DNA of 64,000 bases from Waterburya sp. (GTDB taxonomy: Bacteria > Cyanobacteriota > Cyanobacteriia > Cyanobacteriales > Xenococcaceae): the NCBI GenBank assembly GCA_965217895.1, contig CBDCJV010000002.1, positions 384,001-448,000 of the forward strand. The letters are read 5' to 3'. The first letter of the stretch is position 1; each line of letters starts with the position of its first letter. The position numbers were made by a program, and so were the translations under genes. This document shows positions 49,233 to 60,234 of this stretch, piece after piece. Under the pieces are notes generated by a model. The model had not been told where the DNA came from and did no database searches. It was given only the letters and a program-made list of their open reading frames with translations.

Positions 49233-50978
49233 TTGAAGTTTTATTCAAGTCAAAATTTCTTGCCCATGCTCCCAAGATTTGATCCAAAATTCTCTAACAG
49301 TAAGTTTACTATGTCAGCCAATGAGATGAGATGGCAGCAATTGGGAGCAGAATTGGTTTTTACTCAAGATGTTGCAGGTAATTATCTTTCTTTTTGGTGG
49401 GCAAAAGCAGCAGAACATGGATTGAGTAACCAGCTTCTACAAGATTTTAGTAACCATTTTAGTTTAGAAAATCAAATTTTTAGTCCTGTCGATCCCCAAG
49501 CTTATTTGGAGAAAATTCAACGAGTAATTAAACGTCGTTTACCAGAACAATGCTGCTGTCTGTTTCAGTGTGCAGAAACCTCATATTCTTTTGAACTGGT
49601 AATTAGTCCTATACTTCCTTGTGCGGGAAAATCAACAGCAGTTTTGGTGATGGGACATTTGCTGGAGGAAGCAGAAATGTTTTCTTTTGCCCCTGATGAA
49701 GTCCCAGCAGCTATTTATAGCTATCAAAAACTGTTAAATCAGGTTGTTACCCAAATCCGTCGCAGTTTAAATTTAGAAACTATTTATCAACAAACAGTTA
49801 ATAATATAGGCTCAACTTTTGCTGTTAGTCGCTGTCTAATATTGACTAATCAAAATAATCTTACTCAATTATCTGTAGCTGCTGAATATTGTCAGACAGA
49901 ATATAAATCGATTACAGAATATAAAATTGACTGGCGCAAAGAAGTTTATCTACAGCAGGCATTAGAGTCTAACTATCCCCTGACCGTAGACTTTAGGCAA
50001 CAAGATATATTACAGCGCAAATCTTGTTTAGTAATGTCAAGTAATCCTAATGATGAGGAGCGAGTTTTAATCTGTCTGCAACAATGCGATCGCTATCGTC
50101 ATTGGACAACCGCAGAAATGGAAATGTTGAAAGAGATTACTGAACAGGTAGAAGCAGCAGTATCTCTAGCCAAACTTTACCGTGAAGTAGAGCAGGCAAG
50201 CATTCAAGCCGAAGAAGCCAGCCGTCTCAAAAGCGATTTTCTGGCTAATACTTCCCATGAATTACGTACCCCTCTCAACGGCATTATCGGTTTTCTCAAA
50301 TTGCTATTAGAGGGAATGGCGGATAATCCTGAAGAACAGCATGAGTTTATTGAAGAAGCCTATCGGTCTTCTATTCATTTGCTCAATTTAATTAATGACA
50401 TCCTCGATATTGCCAAAATTGAAGCGGGCAAAATGGAGCTGGAGTTAACTGAAGTTGAATTAAAAGAGCTTTTGCAGGATGTAGAAAATTTAATTCATAC
50501 TCAAGCAGAGCAAAAAAAACTCAATTTGCAAATAAAATCTCTTGCTACTCTCACCCCAGTTATTCTTTGCGGTAACTATCAGCGGTTGCTTCAGGTCATG
50601 CTAAATCTAGTAGGTAACGCGATTAAATTTACTAGAGAAGGTGGTGTTGTGATCAGTGCCGAAGTAAATAATAAAAAAGTTGTCTTACATGGTCGAGAAT
50701 TTCCAGGAATGGCTAAAGTTAGCGTTGCTGACACAGGAATTGGAGTCTCTCTAGAAAAGCAAAATAAGCTGTTTGAGAATTTTTATCAGGTAGATGGTTC
50801 TCGTACTAAATCTTATGGTGGAACTGGCTTGGGTTTAGCTATTTCTCAAAAGTTAGTCGAAGCAATGGGGGGTAATATTTCTTTTTATAGTATGGGAGAA
50901 GGCTTAGGATCTACGGTAACTTTTACAGTGCCTCTTAGTCATTTACCCGTAATTAAAACTGCTCAATCGGAAGGATAG
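49233..50978 (+). CDS. GAF-domain histidine kinase
   Basis: [48 protein letters not shown]. Confidence 0.9.
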   Translation: MKFYSSQNFLPMLPRFDPKFSNSKFTMSANEMRWQQLGAELVFTQDVAGNYLSFWWAKAAEHGLSNQLLQDFSNHFSLENQIFSPVDPQAYLEKIQRVIKRRLPEQCCCLFQCAETSYSFELVISPILPCAGKSTAVLVMGHLLEEAEMFSFAPDEVPAAIYSYQKLLNQVVTQIRRSLNLETIYQQTVNNIGSTFAVSRCLILTNQNNLTQLSVAAEYCQTEYKSITEYKIDWRKEVYLQQALESNYPLTVDFRQQDILQRKSCLVMSSNPNDEERVLICLQQCDRYRHWTTAEMEMLKEITEQVEAAVSLAKLYREVEQASIQAEEASRLKSDFLANTSHELRTPLNGIIGFLKLLLEGMADNPEEQHEFIEEAYRSSIHLLNLINDILDIAKIEAGKMELELTEVELKELLQDVENLIHTQAEQKKLNLQIKSLATLTPVILCGNYQRLLQVMLNLVGNAIKFTREGGVVISAEVNNKKVVLHGREFPGMAKVSVADTGIGVSLEKQNKLFENFYQVDGSRTKSYGGTGLGLAISQKLVEAMGGNISFYSMGEGLGSTVTFTVPLSHLPVIKTAQSEG

Positions 50979-51011
50979 TTTCTAGCTTTTCTTTTTCGTT
51001 TCTTGATTTAA

Positions 51012-51098
51012 TAGACTTCCTGCATAAATATTTTTTTAGATATTTTTGATTGCCGATCTCTGACCTAACCAAGATTTATGATTTGTGCAAGAGGTCTA
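51012..51098. repeat. Short MITE-like inverted-repeat element
   Basis: TAGACTTCCTGCATAAAT / ATTTGTGCAAGAGGTCTA (15/18). Confidence 0.5.
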
Positions 51099-51121
51099 AT
51101 TCAGGCAACAACACCATAGCA

Positions 51122-52454
51122 TCATAGAAAACGAGATAGCAATTGATGAATTAGTCTGAAAAATGCTGTTATAGCGATCGCCCCAGCAGCAGACATGGCA
51201 GCCATAACAAGTACCGATTGGACACCTAACGCGCCTTGAAAAGCTGGAACGAAATAAATCAATGCCACTGTAATGCTGGCGAAAATCAGTAGGTCAATTT
51301 TTTCAATAATGCGACGGTTGAGGGCAAAAATAAAGCCTCCCATCACCATACCAAAAATACCCAAACTAACGCCTGAAACCGAAAAAGCACTGGTCAAACC
51401 TATATAAAACAAAGCTCCTTCAAAACCTGTAAAAGCTGCACTACCTAAAACTTCTACTAGAGAAAAGTTGCGTTTATTTCTTTGGATTGGTGGAGATGAA
51501 TTAACCGTCAAAACAGTCAACGCTTCTGATGCTGATTGAAAACGTTGGGCAGGAGTTGGCAATAGCATTTTGTTAAAAGTGTCAACTAAATTATCGCTAA
51601 TTTTAGGAGCATAATTTTGCCATTTCCAACTGTAATTAAATAAATCGTAGAGTTCTTCTGCGGGCTTTCCTGTCAAAAGAACAATACAGGTAACTGCCAA
51701 CGCATAGATATCTGTAGAAGGGTATACTTGCGAGCCAGATATTTGTTCTGGAAGCGCAAAAATTATTGAATAGATGCCTGTAGATTTTTGTTGCTTACCT
51801 CCTCCTGCTGCTATTTGTTTTACAGTCCCAAAATCTAGAAGATATAGTTTCCCTTCTTGGTTACGCATGATATTAGAAGGCTTGATATCCCGATGAATGG
51901 TGTTGTGATCGTGAATGAACTGTAATACCTTGAGAATTTCTGTCAAAACTTCAGTAACTTTTGCCTCGCTAAATTTTCCTTTTTTTTCTAGTTCGGTTTC
52001 TAGATTATCCCCATCAATAAATTCTTGAGCTAGATAAAAATACTGTTCTGAGCCAGTACCGCGAGAATTATGGACTATAGTATAGGTGTGAAAAAAGCAT
52101 ATAAATCGGGAATTTGACTATGTTTTCGCCCCAATTCTTCTAAAACTACTGCTTCTCTCTCAAATAAGTTTTGGGCGGTCGCCAATTCTTGAGCATCAAG
52201 ATTCCTAGAAGGTTGAAATAGTTTGATCGCACACTGAGGCATTTTTGGCTTATAGCGATCGCGTGCTAGAAATGCTGCTCCAAAACCCCTTAACCAAGTA
52301 GTTTAGAAGGAATATAGCGATCGGCTAAAAGTAAAGGCATACCGCAGGTAGAACAGTACCTTTGCTGCACAGTTCTAATTTTGGCTTCGTTGTCTAAATC
52401 TCCAAATGAATTAAGGGGGTTGGGACAACCAGGACGAGTACAAATGATTTCCAT
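51122..52454 (-). pseudogene. Ser/Thr kinase with N-terminal 4-Cys prefix, disrupted
   Basis: MEIICTRPGC...CSTCG...LLG* near 52290; second break at the TATAG duplication 52076-52085; remainder has HRDIKPSN, DFG and TMs. Confidence 0.8.
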
Positions 52455-52608
52455 ACAATTTCATCTCGTGTAAATTACATTCTGCCACTTTTTAAAAATC
52501 AGCCAAAAACAGTGCTGGCTGTGCCAGTAATAATAATTACTGCCGTAAGCGGCTATGAGCTTATTGTCCTCTTGTTATTTCTATAATTGCGATCGCTCAA
52601 ATTCTAAT

Positions 52609-53583
52609 CTACCTTATCTCAATAGTGTGTTTATATAAAGTATCTAAAGTTTTAAACTCTTCTCTAGTAGCAAACATCGGCAATATTTCTTTACTAAATG
52701 CTTCTGCTGCCTTAGAACAATAACGATTAGGATTAACAATTACTGCTAAAGTACGCCCGATATCAACCTCTTTTATTTTGGCTTGGTGTAAAACTCCCAT
52801 TTCTAGCTCTTTCTCAATTGCCGTAGTGGAAACAAAAGCTGAACCTAAGCCCGACTGGACGGCATTTTTTATGGCTTCGATAGAATTTAACTCCATCTCA
52901 ATTTTGAGTCGTTTGGGGTCAATTCCATAACGGGTAAGTACCTGATCGATCACCTTGCGAATCGTGGATTGAGAATCTAGGCTAATAAAGTTGAGCTTAT
53001 ACAGGTCTTCTTTGTAAATCGCTGCTTCTTGAGCCAAAATGTGAGAGGGAGGCAAAATCAAAGCAAATTCGTCATCTGCATAAGGAATAACGTTTAATAC
53101 TTCTCGTAATTCTGTGGGTACTTCTCCACCAATAATTGCCAAATCTACCTGACCATTAGCTACCGCCCAGGAAGTGCGACGGGTAGAATGCACCTGAAGC
53201 TGTACCGAAACATCAGAATATTTTTGGCGAAACAATCCAATCATGCGCGGGATCAAATATGTACCCGTAGTCTGAGATGCGCCGACAATTAAAGTACCAC
53301 CCTGAAGGTTTTGTAAATCTTCAATTGCTCGACAGGTTTCTTGACACAAAGATATTACTCGTTCTCCGTAGCTAAGTAACAAATGTCCTGCCTCGGTCAA
53401 CTGCGCTCTGCGTCCACCACGATCAAATAAAGGTACATTTAACTGTTTCTCTAAGTTTTGTACTTGAAGACTGACAGCAGGTTGAGAAACATAAAGACTG
53501 TCAGCAGCCCGCTTAAAGCTTCCCTCAGTAGAGATTGCCTTGAGTATACGGAGTTGATCTAAGGTAAAAGGAATATCTGACAT
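52609..53583 (-). CDS. rbcR: LysR regulator, RbcR/Ycf30 type
   Basis: [37 protein letters not shown]. Confidence 0.85.
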   Translation of the reverse strand: MSDIPFTLDQLRILKAISTEGSFKRAADSLYVSQPAVSLQVQNLEKQLNVPLFDRGGRRAQLTEAGHLLLSYGERVISLCQETCRAIEDLQNLQGGTLIVGASQTTGTYLIPRMIGLFRQKYSDVSVQLQVHSTRRTSWAVANGQVDLAIIGGEVPTELREVLNVIPYADDEFALILPPSHILAQEAAIYKEDLYKLNFISLDSQSTIRKVIDQVLTRYGIDPKRLKIEMELNSIEAIKNAVQSGLGSAFVSTTAIEKELEMGVLHQAKIKEVDIGRTLAVIVNPNRYCSKAAEAFSKEILPMFATREEFKTLDTLYKHTIEIR

Positions 53584-53729
53584 AAAATTCCAGTAACGAT
53601 TTTGTTAAAATTTTTTGGCAATGAGTGTCTTATTTAAACGTATTATTAATAGTGCTGAACCTTTAATAATTTTCATGTTCTTATATCTGCACAGTAGCAT
53701 GAGCGGAGTAGCTAATTAGTTTTTAATTA

Positions 53730-54491
53730 TTGCTACTATCGCTATTGATAAATAATACCTATATAATTATCTCTATGTTTAACATTAGCTGGCTGACAAC
53801 AAGCCACTTGATTATGGTAGCTTTACTATTGGGTTTTGCGATCGCCCATAGTGGTTTGGCTGCTTTACGTCCTTGGGCTGAGAGTAAAATTGGTGCTAGG
53901 CTTTATCGAGTATTTTTTGCTTTGGTTAGTATTCCTTTTGCCACCATTTTAATCATCTATTTCTTTAATCATCGCTATGACGGGCTGCAATTATGGCACG
54001 TACAGGGAATACCAGGAGTTCAGTCTACGGTGTGGATACTGTCTTTTATTTCTTTTTTGTTCCTTTATCCTGCTACTTTTAACCTCCTCGAAATTGCTGC
54101 CGTCCAAAAGCCTCAAGTGTATCTATTTGAAACAGGAATCATTCGCATCACTCGCCATCCGCAGATGGTAGGACAGGTAATTTGGTGTGTGGCACATACA
54201 CTGTGGTTAGGAACAACTTTTACTATCGTCACATCCATCGGCTTAATTGCCCATCATCTATTTGCAGTGTGGCATGGCGATCGCCGTTTAGCAAAGAGAT
54301 ATGGGAAAGCTTTTGAGGTAGTAAAAGCCAGAACTTCGGTAATTCCTTTTTTAGCAGTAATTGATGGTCGTCAAGCTCTCAAGTGGCAAGAATTCCTCCG
54401 CCCTGCTTATGTAGGAGTTACGGCTTTTGTACTGCTGGTTTGGTGGGGACATCCCTGGCTGATGCAGGTAACTTCTAGGGCTTATTGGTAA
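53730..54491 (+). CDS. NnrU-family membrane protein, probable 15-cis-zeta-carotene isomerase (Z-ISO)
   Basis: HSGLA, FLYPATFNLLE, RITRHPQMVGQ, HGDRRL. Confidence 0.82.
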   Translation: MLLSLLINNTYIIISMFNISWLTTSHLIMVALLLGFAIAHSGLAALRPWAESKIGARLYRVFFALVSIPFATILIIYFFNHRYDGLQLWHVQGIPGVQSTVWILSFISFLFLYPATFNLLEIAAVQKPQVYLFETGIIRITRHPQMVGQVIWCVAHTLWLGTTFTIVTSIGLIAHHLFAVWHGDRRLAKRYGKAFEVVKARTSVIPFLAVIDGRQALKWQEFLRPAYVGVTAFVLLVWWGHPWLMQVTSRAYW

Positions 54492-54616
54492 TATTATTAA
54501 AAATATTATTCAAATAATTTTAAAAAATTTTCTTTCTTGGCTTTTCAGGCGATCCCAATTAGATGTAGCATAGCTCAAAGTAGATCGAGTCAACTATTAA
54601 AAACCTTTATAAACTT

Positions 54617-54955
54617 ATGCCATCCGTAGTTAATGAAACCAATTTTCAACAAGAGGTTTTAGAGGCTTCACATCCTGTTTTGGTACATTTTTGGACTCCT
54701 TGGTGTGGTTTGTGCAAGTTAATCAAGCCGATGCTAGAAACAATTCAGGGAGACAGTGAGGAAGTAATTAAATTAGTTGCTATTAACGCTGACGAAAATT
54801 TTAAATTAGCCAATTTCTATCGCCTGAAAAGCTTGCCGACTATTATGCTATTTGATAATGGTGAATTAGTAGAGCAGTTAGATGGCTTTAACAGTCGCGA
54901 TCGCCTTCGCCTTGCTTTAGAAAGAATGATGAACAACACATTATCTCTTTCTTAG
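54617..54955 (+). CDS. trxC: Cyanobacterial C-type thioredoxin
   Basis: Atypical WCGLC active site. Confidence 0.75.
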   Translation: MPSVVNETNFQQEVLEASHPVLVHFWTPWCGLCKLIKPMLETIQGDSEEVIKLVAINADENFKLANFYRLKSLPTIMLFDNGELVEQLDGFNSRDRLRLALERMMNNTLSLS

Positions 54956-54966
54956 ATATATATAAG

Positions 54967-55383
54967 TTAATTAAATAACTCAAAGACCTGACGGCAAAAT
55001 AGCTTAAGCTGTTGTTCGGCATCTTCTGCTGGCTGGCATTGACCAACACATTCCCAACTATCCACCGTCGAAAATTTCCAGGCTTCACCAAGATAACTAA
55101 AGCCACTGGTTTCGATGCCAATAAACTTTTCCTTCTCTTCAGTGGGATCTTTGTAAAAGCGAATCTGAACTAAAATGCTGTTGCTTTGATAACGTCTACT
55201 CCAGCCAGGAAAATGAAACCCGATATCAATCGAGTCAGGATCGACTAGTTCTAAAGTGTCAGGATCATTTGTCCAAGGTTTGAGATCGGCTTTGGCATCA
55301 GGAAACTGTGTCTTAAACAAAGTAACTACAGAGGCAATTTTTGTCGTAATGTTTAAACCTTTAGCTCTTTCCGATGCGTTCAT
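54967..55383 (-). CDS. Conserved cyanobacterial hypothetical protein
   Basis: DLKPW.NDPDT..LVDPDSIDIGFHFPG. Confidence 0.6.
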   Translation of the reverse strand: MNASERAKGLNITTKIASVVTLFKTQFPDAKADLKPWTNDPDTLELVDPDSIDIGFHFPGWSRRYQSNSILVQIRFYKDPTEEKEKFIGIETSGFSYLGEAWKFSTVDSWECVGQCQPAEDAEQQLKLFCRQVFELFN

Positions 55384-55702
55384 GCTTAACCTTTTCTGAT
55401 TGATCTTTATTTAATATTTAAACACTGTTTATCTATTAAGATCGGCTCTTGCGAGGTCTTATAGATATCCTCAAATTATAGAGGTTAGCAATTAGGCTTT
55501 TTACTCCCATATTGTATTCATCATTAAGATGAACAAGCGTAATCTTCCCTCTCTTTTTTTCCACAAGCCTCGTGCTTAAAAAGCGTAAAATTACGCAACT
55601 ATTAATATTCTGTCTAAATTTTTAGTTAAATAATTGCCAAAACAGGAACTTATCTCCTAGAAATCAACTCCAGTTAAGTAGCAATCTTTTTGGTACTAGT
55701 AT

Positions 55703-56221
55703 TTGTTCTTGATTATGCTAAATGCTGACTTTAGTTCATCTAAATTAAATAAAATATTTATTCGTATTGTAAGCAGTAGTCTACTAGCCACTATTAGTCT
55801 AATAGGTGGCGTTGCTCCTGAAATATCTAGGAGTCATGAAAACGATAAAGGATGGCGATCGCTTTCTATCTCTTTTTCTAATCAGGCATCTGCTCAACAA
55901 TTCACCCCTGAAGAAACAACAAACTATGCTAAAGCAGGATATCAGGTAGAGTTACTTAGAAGACAAGTCTACAAAGAAATTAAAACTAAAATTAACCAGC
56001 CACCACCAAACATAGCTTGTGACCAAGAAGAAACCTTGACAAATTTGAATCCGAGTATACGTCAAATTGCCGATCGCTATTGCAATCAATCTCAGCAAAT
56101 TGTGCAACAGAACAATCTCAGCATTAATCGCTTTAATGAGTTAAAAACTTATTACGATCGCCAAGGAGATTTTTATCAACAGGTGCAAAACATTTTGCTG
56201 AAGCTGCAAAACCAAAACTAA
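55703..56221 (+). CDS. Secreted DUF4168-like protein
   Basis: Signal-like N-terminus; NYAKA, YCNQS..IV..NNLSINRFNE. Confidence 0.6.
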   Translation: MFLIMLNADFSSSKLNKIFIRIVSSSLLATISLIGGVAPEISRSHENDKGWRSLSISFSNQASAQQFTPEETTNYAKAGYQVELLRRQVYKEIKTKINQPPPNIACDQEETLTNLNPSIRQIADRYCNQSQQIVQQNNLSINRFNELKTYYDRQGDFYQQVQNILLKLQNQN

Positions 56222-56332
56222 CCCTCCCAGCCTCTGATAATACTAGTTTTAAAAGGTAGTTTAAAGGCTTAGAGCATATAGCTTAAAGCTTAGAGCTACC
56301 CCAACTTTTAATCAACTCAGCTAAAACTGACC

Positions 56333-57658
56333 TTAGAGTAGAGCGGTTGCTCTCTCTGCCAAACTCGATCGCTCTCCTTTGGTTAAAGTAATATGACCAG
56401 CTAGAGGTTCATGTTTAAATCTTTCAACAACATAGGTTAGCCCATTGCTAGCAGCATCAATATAAGGATTATCAATCTGATCGGGGTCGCCAGTTAAAAC
56501 TACTTTAGTTCCTTCTCCTGCGCGAGTAATAATAGTTTTTACCTCATGGGGAGTCAGGTTTTGAGCTTCGTCAATAATTAAAAACTGCTGGGGAATAGTG
56601 CGTCCACGAATATAGGTTAAAGGTTCGATCTGCAAGATGCCCATTTCAATCAATTCTTCGTGTCCTCTGCGCCAATGTCCAGCCTTGACAGCGGTTTCTT
56701 GTGTACCAAATATGAGATCAAAATTATCGTAAAGAGGCTGCATCCAGGGAGTAAGCTTTTCGTTGATGTCTCCAGGCAGAAAGCCAATATCTTTTCCCAT
56801 GGGTACTACTGGACGAGAGATCAGCAAACGAGTATAGAGTTTTTCGTCGGCGACCTTTTGTAGACCTGCGGCGATCGCCAGTAAAGTTTTGCCTGTTCCT
56901 GCTTTGCCTACTAGAGTAACTAGCTTAATCGAATCCTGTAAGAGTAAATTTAGGGCAAATCTTTGTTCTCGGTTGCGGGGTTGAATCCGCGATACCCCAA
57001 GCTTAGGTAAAGCAGCTAAATGAATAATCTTATTACTTTTGCCTTCTATCATTCCTAATGCTGTGTGGGAAGGATTGGTATTATCTACTAAGGTAATGTC
57101 TTGATTGGGCAAAAATTCTCCTGTCAAAGTAATTGAGCCAGCTTGAAAAAATTCACCAATTTGTTCTGAATTGACTAGCACTTCAGTACTACCAGTATAA
57201 AGCTCATCTACATCTACTTTGTCGGTTTCATAGTCTTCCGCATTTAGCCCTAAAGCATCGGCTTTAATCCGTAGATTTGTATCTTTGCTGACTACTATTA
57301 CAGGACATTGACACCTTTGTTTACACTGCATCCCCACTGCCAGAATAGAATTATCCGCAACACCGCCATCCAATTCAGGGGGTAATTCTTTGAGAGTATG
57401 GCGATCGCTTAATGCCACTCGTAAAGTTCCTCCGTTGCTTAATTTTACTCCTGTAGTTAGATGACCCTGCTGGCGCAAATTATCTAAAGTACGAGATACT
57501 TCTCTAGCATTACGACCAGTCATTTCTGGCTGTTTTTTAAAGCGATCTAATTCTTCGATAACGGCGATCGGTAACACTATTTCGTTATCTTCAAAACGCA
57601 AAATAGCCGTGGGATCGTGAAGTATGACATTAGTATCTACAACAAAAATTTTTTTCAT
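56333..57658 (-). CDS. PhoH2 (PIN-PhoH ATPase)
   Basis: VVDTNVILHD, SKDTNLRIKA, GKAGTGKT, RGRT, DEAQN. Confidence 0.92.
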   Translation of the reverse strand: MKKIFVVDTNVILHDPTAILRFEDNEIVLPIAVIEELDRFKKQPEMTGRNAREVSRTLDNLRQQGHLTTGVKLSNGGTLRVALSDRHTLKELPPELDGGVADNSILAVGMQCKQRCQCPVIVVSKDTNLRIKADALGLNAEDYETDKVDVDELYTGSTEVLVNSEQIGEFFQAGSITLTGEFLPNQDITLVDNTNPSHTALGMIEGKSNKIIHLAALPKLGVSRIQPRNREQRFALNLLLQDSIKLVTLVGKAGTGKTLLAIAAGLQKVADEKLYTRLLISRPVVPMGKDIGFLPGDINEKLTPWMQPLYDNFDLIFGTQETAVKAGHWRRGHEELIEMGILQIEPLTYIRGRTIPQQFLIIDEAQNLTPHEVKTIITRAGEGTKVVLTGDPDQIDNPYIDAASNGLTYVVERFKHEPLAGHITLTKGERSSLAERATALL

Positions 57659-57850
57659 TCATTACATGAACTTATTTAATAATCCTCCAATGTTCATCAT
57701 TATTACATTAAGAGAGGAAGCAGACAGTTTGTTAGTGGAGGGGAGCATAAATAAAGTAACCGTTAAATAAGCTGTCAAAGCCTATAAATCAATACTTATT
57801 ACTCCCTGCGGGCGGGTATCCCTTGGTTACTTACGCGCAGCGGTACTAGT

Positions 57851-59185
57851 CTAGTGAACCGCTTTGTGAAGATTGTCTTTTTGCCACTGTAAACCAATTA
57901 GCATGGCGGTAAACAGCATATAGCCAGGTTCTTCCATTTGCGTAAAAATTAGACCAACAGCAAAAACAACTAACATAAAAAACTTTGATAATTCGTTGGA
58001 ACAGAGATTATGCCAGACGATAAAAGCTAAATACAAATATGAACCCAGTCCTACCAATCCCAAATCTCCCCAAATACCAGCCCAGCTAAAAAAAGGATGA
58101 TATAAAGTAGATTCCAAAGCAATCCAATTTTGATAATAGGCGTTCCAAGCATCTGTGGTTGCAGGGTGGGCTGTAGCGTGTAAAGGAACAAATATAATCG
58201 AGTAATCTTTGAGAAACCAGCCTGCTAGCCTACCAAAAGTATGACCTGGACCAAGACCAAAAAACCAGTTTAAGACAGATTTATAGTAAGAAATGGCAAT
58301 TCTAAAGGGTGCAGTTTTGATTTCTCTAGCTGCTCCACCAGGGCCCCATTCACTAAACTTATCCATTCCATTTTTAAACGCACTAAATGCCTCTACATTT
58401 TCTACACACCAAGAGAAAATAATTAGGAGAATAATTAAGGCGAATAAATAGCTTAAAGTTTTTCGCAGATCTTTTAAATTTATAAAAGTTAAAATAATAA
58501 AAGCTAGTCCACAACAGATGAGTATTTGTTTGGAGTCAGAAATTATTAACTGAACAAAAGCAACTCCCAACCAAGTCAATCGAAACCAAAGAGGCGCTTT
58601 TTTGTAAAAAAACAAATAATATAAGCCAAATTTTATCGAAACAGATGTAGAAACATAGTTACCGGCTCCTGATACAAAAAAAACTCCCTGGGCACCATCG
58701 GTTCCATCAAAACCGTCTGCATAAAGATAGCCAGAATCAATTAATGGTTTTTGAATTAAAGCTAACACCATATTAATTGAAGCAGATACAAACAGAAATC
58801 GTTGAAAATATTCAATTTTGGCTAACGATAAAGGTATAGAGACTATTGCCAAAAGCAGCATAAAAGGCTCTGCAAGTAAAATATAATCTACAACTACATT
58901 AATGACACCAGCCTCATTTACCAATCCACTAATAATAACTACTATCAAAAAAATAAATAGACCGACGACGAGCTTTTGAGAAATAATAATATGCTTGGGA
59001 ATTTTAACTTTTGTATGAGTTAAAGCAATAAACAAAGTAAATGGAACAGTAATAAAGTGAAGAAAATTTATTACTGAGGGAAACCCTATTGCTGCCAGCA
59101 GACGGGGATAGAAAGCAGTGGCAAAAGATAATAAAATAAGCGTTGATATTGCCAGAGAGCTTTTCTGTTTTTTAGAAGTAAGCAT
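57851..59185 (-). CDS. Multi-TM polysaccharide polymerase/ligase (Wzy/WaaL-like)
   Basis: Many TMs, FGLGPG loop, polysaccharide-cluster context. Confidence 0.6.
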   Translation of the reverse strand: MLTSKKQKSSLAISTLILLSFATAFYPRLLAAIGFPSVINFLHFITVPFTLFIALTHTKVKIPKHIIISQKLVVGLFIFLIVVIISGLVNEAGVINVVVDYILLAEPFMLLLAIVSIPLSLAKIEYFQRFLFVSASINMVLALIQKPLIDSGYLYADGFDGTDGAQGVFFVSGAGNYVSTSVSIKFGLYYLFFYKKAPLWFRLTWLGVAFVQLIISDSKQILICCGLAFIILTFINLKDLRKTLSYLFALIILLIIFSWCVENVEAFSAFKNGMDKFSEWGPGGAAREIKTAPFRIAISYYKSVLNWFFGLGPGHTFGRLAGWFLKDYSIIFVPLHATAHPATTDAWNAYYQNWIALESTLYHPFFSWAGIWGDLGLVGLGSYLYLAFIVWHNLCSNELSKFFMLVVFAVGLIFTQMEEPGYMLFTAMLIGLQWQKDNLHKAVH

Positions 59186-59209
59186 AATACATTTTTAAGA
59201 TTATTTTAT

Positions 59210-60139
59210 TCATAATCTCTGCATATAAAAAGAATAACCACTCGGTTCAAAGTGTTGATATTTACAAATAGAATTATAAGCTTCAATTATAAGGGTTGAT
59301 TTTTTCATTAAATAATAAATTGGCATTTCTACGGTAAATGCTGTGTTGAATCGCAGGAAATTTTCCAAATAATATTGCTCATTCCAAAATCTTTTTTCAT
59401 TTACATACCAGTCCAAAGGATAATGGTAGGGAGAGCAAATATCATGTATATGTACGTAAACTCCTCGACCTATATTGGGATATATTTCTTCAAATAAATA
59501 TTCTACGTCGCTGCCAAATTTATAAACGTGGCTAGAATCAACAAATAATAAATCTGATTCTTTGAGATTAGAAAATAAACTTAAAGATACATCTTGTAGA
59601 CCTATAGGCATCGCTTCTAAATCGATCCCTTCTATTATTCTATTTTGAAAATCAAAGCGATTATAAGGATCTATCGAAACAAAGTTAGTTTTAATTCCAG
59701 TTGCTTTGTAGTTATCTTCCAAAGCAGCTAAGGAGATACTAGTAGAGACTCCTTGTCCTACTTCAACCAGGGACTTTGGTTGAATCTCGCGCAAGAAGCA
59801 GTATAAAAAGATAGCGTCAAGTCCTCTAAAATAGTAGTTGATTTCTTGATATCCATATTTGCTGGCAGATTCAAAAAATTCACCTCCCCACCTTTTTAAT
59901 AGCTGCACCATCTTTTGTTCAGCGCGTTCAAAGTTGAAATTAATTTGGTGACAAGACCGCGGTTTGTCTTGATAGTTTTTGGCAATTTCTTTTGTATTGG
60001 GAATTGGTTCATAGAAATGATCGCCTAATACATGAAATCCCAAACTTTCTAGAGATGTAAAAAATTTGCGACTAAGATAACGTTGAATGGCATTTTTTTC
60101 GTTTAAAGCTTTGTATATTTTTTCTTTTGAAAGGTTCAT
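59210..60139 (-). CDS. Class I SAM-dependent methyltransferase
   Basis: VEVGQGVST, SIDPY, FVDSSH, HIHDI. Confidence 0.82.
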   Translation of the reverse strand: MNLSKEKIYKALNEKNAIQRYLSRKFFTSLESLGFHVLGDHFYEPIPNTKEIAKNYQDKPRSCHQINFNFERAEQKMVQLLKRWGGEFFESASKYGYQEINYYFRGLDAIFLYCFLREIQPKSLVEVGQGVSTSISLAALEDNYKATGIKTNFVSIDPYNRFDFQNRIIEGIDLEAMPIGLQDVSLSLFSNLKESDLLFVDSSHVYKFGSDVEYLFEEIYPNIGRGVYVHIHDICSPYHYPLDWYVNEKRFWNEQYYLENFLRFNTAFTVEMPIYYLMKKSTLIIEAYNSICKYQHFEPSGYSFYMQRL

Positions 60140-60234
60140 AATTAAATTTTCTCAAAACAACTTTTGAACAAATTTTTTGTTTGTAAATACAGTTAAAAGC
60201 TATGAAACTCAAGCTAAAATGAAACTTATATGGT

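Noticed and set aside
52609..54955. rbcR / Z-ISO / trxC grouping and the WCGLC site
   Set aside because: Recalled as conserved cyanobacterial synteny and a known thioredoxin type
55583..55596. Palindrome GCGTAAAATTACGC upstream of the DUF4168-like gene
   Set aside because: Single occurrence with no regulator I can assign
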